Origin: Cyanidioschyzon merolae
Lineage: Eukaryota
Direction: 5' to 3' (one strand)
Length of the DNA stretch: 64,000 nucleotides
NCBI GenBank assembly: GCA_000091205.1
Contig: AP006497.2
Made by a program: the position numbers and the translations under genes. Below, piece after piece: positions 63,110 to 64,000 of the stretch (position 1 is its first letter; the number at the start of each line of letters is the position of its first letter). The notes beneath the pieces were generated by a model. That model was given only the letters and a program-made list of their open reading frames with translations, did not search any database and was not told where the DNA came from.

Positions 63110-64000
63110 AAAATATCTGACAGAATCATCCAATGCATGCATACAAGTCTGGATGCTTCTCGTTTCCTGAAGTGCGGTCTGCTCCAATCTTGCATTCTCC
63201 AAATGTTCGGTCTTTCTGTTCTCGACGACGTCGTGGCCCGTCGACTTGCTTATTTGCTCATGGCATACGTTGACTGAACTTTTCGCTTCAGCGAATGATC
63301 GATTCGGTTTAGGAGACGAACCCTCCTATCTCACTGGTCATCGACGAGGCGGCATTCGACAGCAGCCTGCTGCCTCTCACATGACACGCCCGCAGACAGA
63401 CCCGTCTCTTCTGTTTCCATGGAGAGAGGCCTCGTTCTCGGACCTGAATCATCCCAGCGATCGCCCGCGGTGGAGCGTACGTCAACGCTTTCCACGCAGG
63501 TAGGGTAGACGAAACGAAATTTCTCGCCCAGGTTTCCCGCCTGAGTTTTATTGCGATTTCTGATGCCATCATGATGAACATCGCGTTCCACAAACCTCGA
63601 TCGAACCGAGGAGCGTGCCCGTGCTTGTGCAGCGGACTGAGCGCCTACCGAGGACTCTCGCCCGGCGGGTGCTCGATAGTGTAGGGTACGGTGCCGGGCG
63701 TGGAAACGGAGGATTGCAACACCGACAAGCATCCGTACCCGTCAAGCGCACAGCCCAAGCGAAGAAGCAAGCCCGTGCGTGGGCGCCACGCCCACCCGCA
63801 AGCTCCGTCGCGCTCCGGGGATGTCTGGTGGTGGATGCCCCGGAACACTCCACCACAGGATGCAGTCCTGCATCGCTTCAAGAGGTCTCGCGCCGGCAGT
63901 GCCGGATCGCAGCCACACCCAAAAAACCCCATTTGTGACAACTGTCTATCGTGACATTCGTGCGCGTGTCAGAACTGCCGGTGATTTGGCGGCAACGCGC
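63110..64000 (+). repeat. Copy of the distal V module, same orientation as copy D; runs off the window
   Basis: 63280-63700 aligns with 35620-36060. Matching pairs include actgaacttttcgcttca/actaaacttttcattcca, ggtcatcgacgaggcggcattcgac/ggtcatcaacgaagctgcattcgac and catcatgatgaacatcgcgttcc/catcatggacggtaacatcgcgtcc. Similarity continues to 64000. Confidence 0.55.

Noticed and set aside
1-64000. Prokaryotic-style features: CRISPR arrays, operons, and IS200/IS605 tnpA next to the tnpB-like genes.
   Set aside because: I saw no regularly spaced short direct repeats. The genes are eukaryotic in content and each has its own spacer. No HUH (Y1) or serine-recombinase motif was recognisable next to any nuclease copy.

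Overview
The window reads as nuclear DNA from a compact, GC-rich, apparently intron-poor photosynthetic eukaryote. This is inferred from gene content: a nucleus-encoded cytochrome b6f Rieske protein sits beside kinesin, SAM50, PEX12, NDUFS4, eL41 and SPCS3. No species is claimed. I can support about 25 host protein genes, mostly single uninterrupted ORFs. The ORF track accepts TTG/GTG/CTG starts, so I moved several starts to the first ATG.

The standout feature is a dispersed repeat family built around a roughly 2.2 kb TnpB/Fanzor-like gene, a eukaryotic RuvC-type, presumably RNA-guided, nuclease. It carries the motifs GxDxG, DEFRTS and NRDFNAAINI.
- There are three long copies: B at 8.6-10.9 kb (-), C at 16.1-18.6 kb (+) and D at 37.1-39.3 kb (+).
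- There is one 5'-truncated copy, A, at 1.7-2.9 kb (-).
- There is one internally deleted mini-element at 2.9-3.7 kb (+).
- Several solo fragments of an associated upstream module are also present.

Every copy I could read carries stops or frameshifts, so these are relics rather than demonstrably active genes. Four observations still deserve follow-up.
1. The 3' end of each of the four copies lies roughly 30-50 bp upstream of the ATG of a co-oriented host gene.
2. The non-coding 3' tails keep conserved blocks and a GC hairpin with compensatory changes, making them a candidate omega-RNA scaffold.
3. Copies C and D share a sharply bounded, nearly identical 2.16 kb core inside diverged flanks, which suggests gene conversion.
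4. The upstream module carries a second conserved ORF-like block on the opposite strand.

Other items are a 25-codon eL41 gene missed by the ORF track, a 3 x 98 bp tandem repeat, and several kilobase-scale stretches with no assignable gene.

All homology calls come from motif recognition and by-eye alignment. No database search was run. Repeat boundaries are approximate, about +/-10-30 bp.
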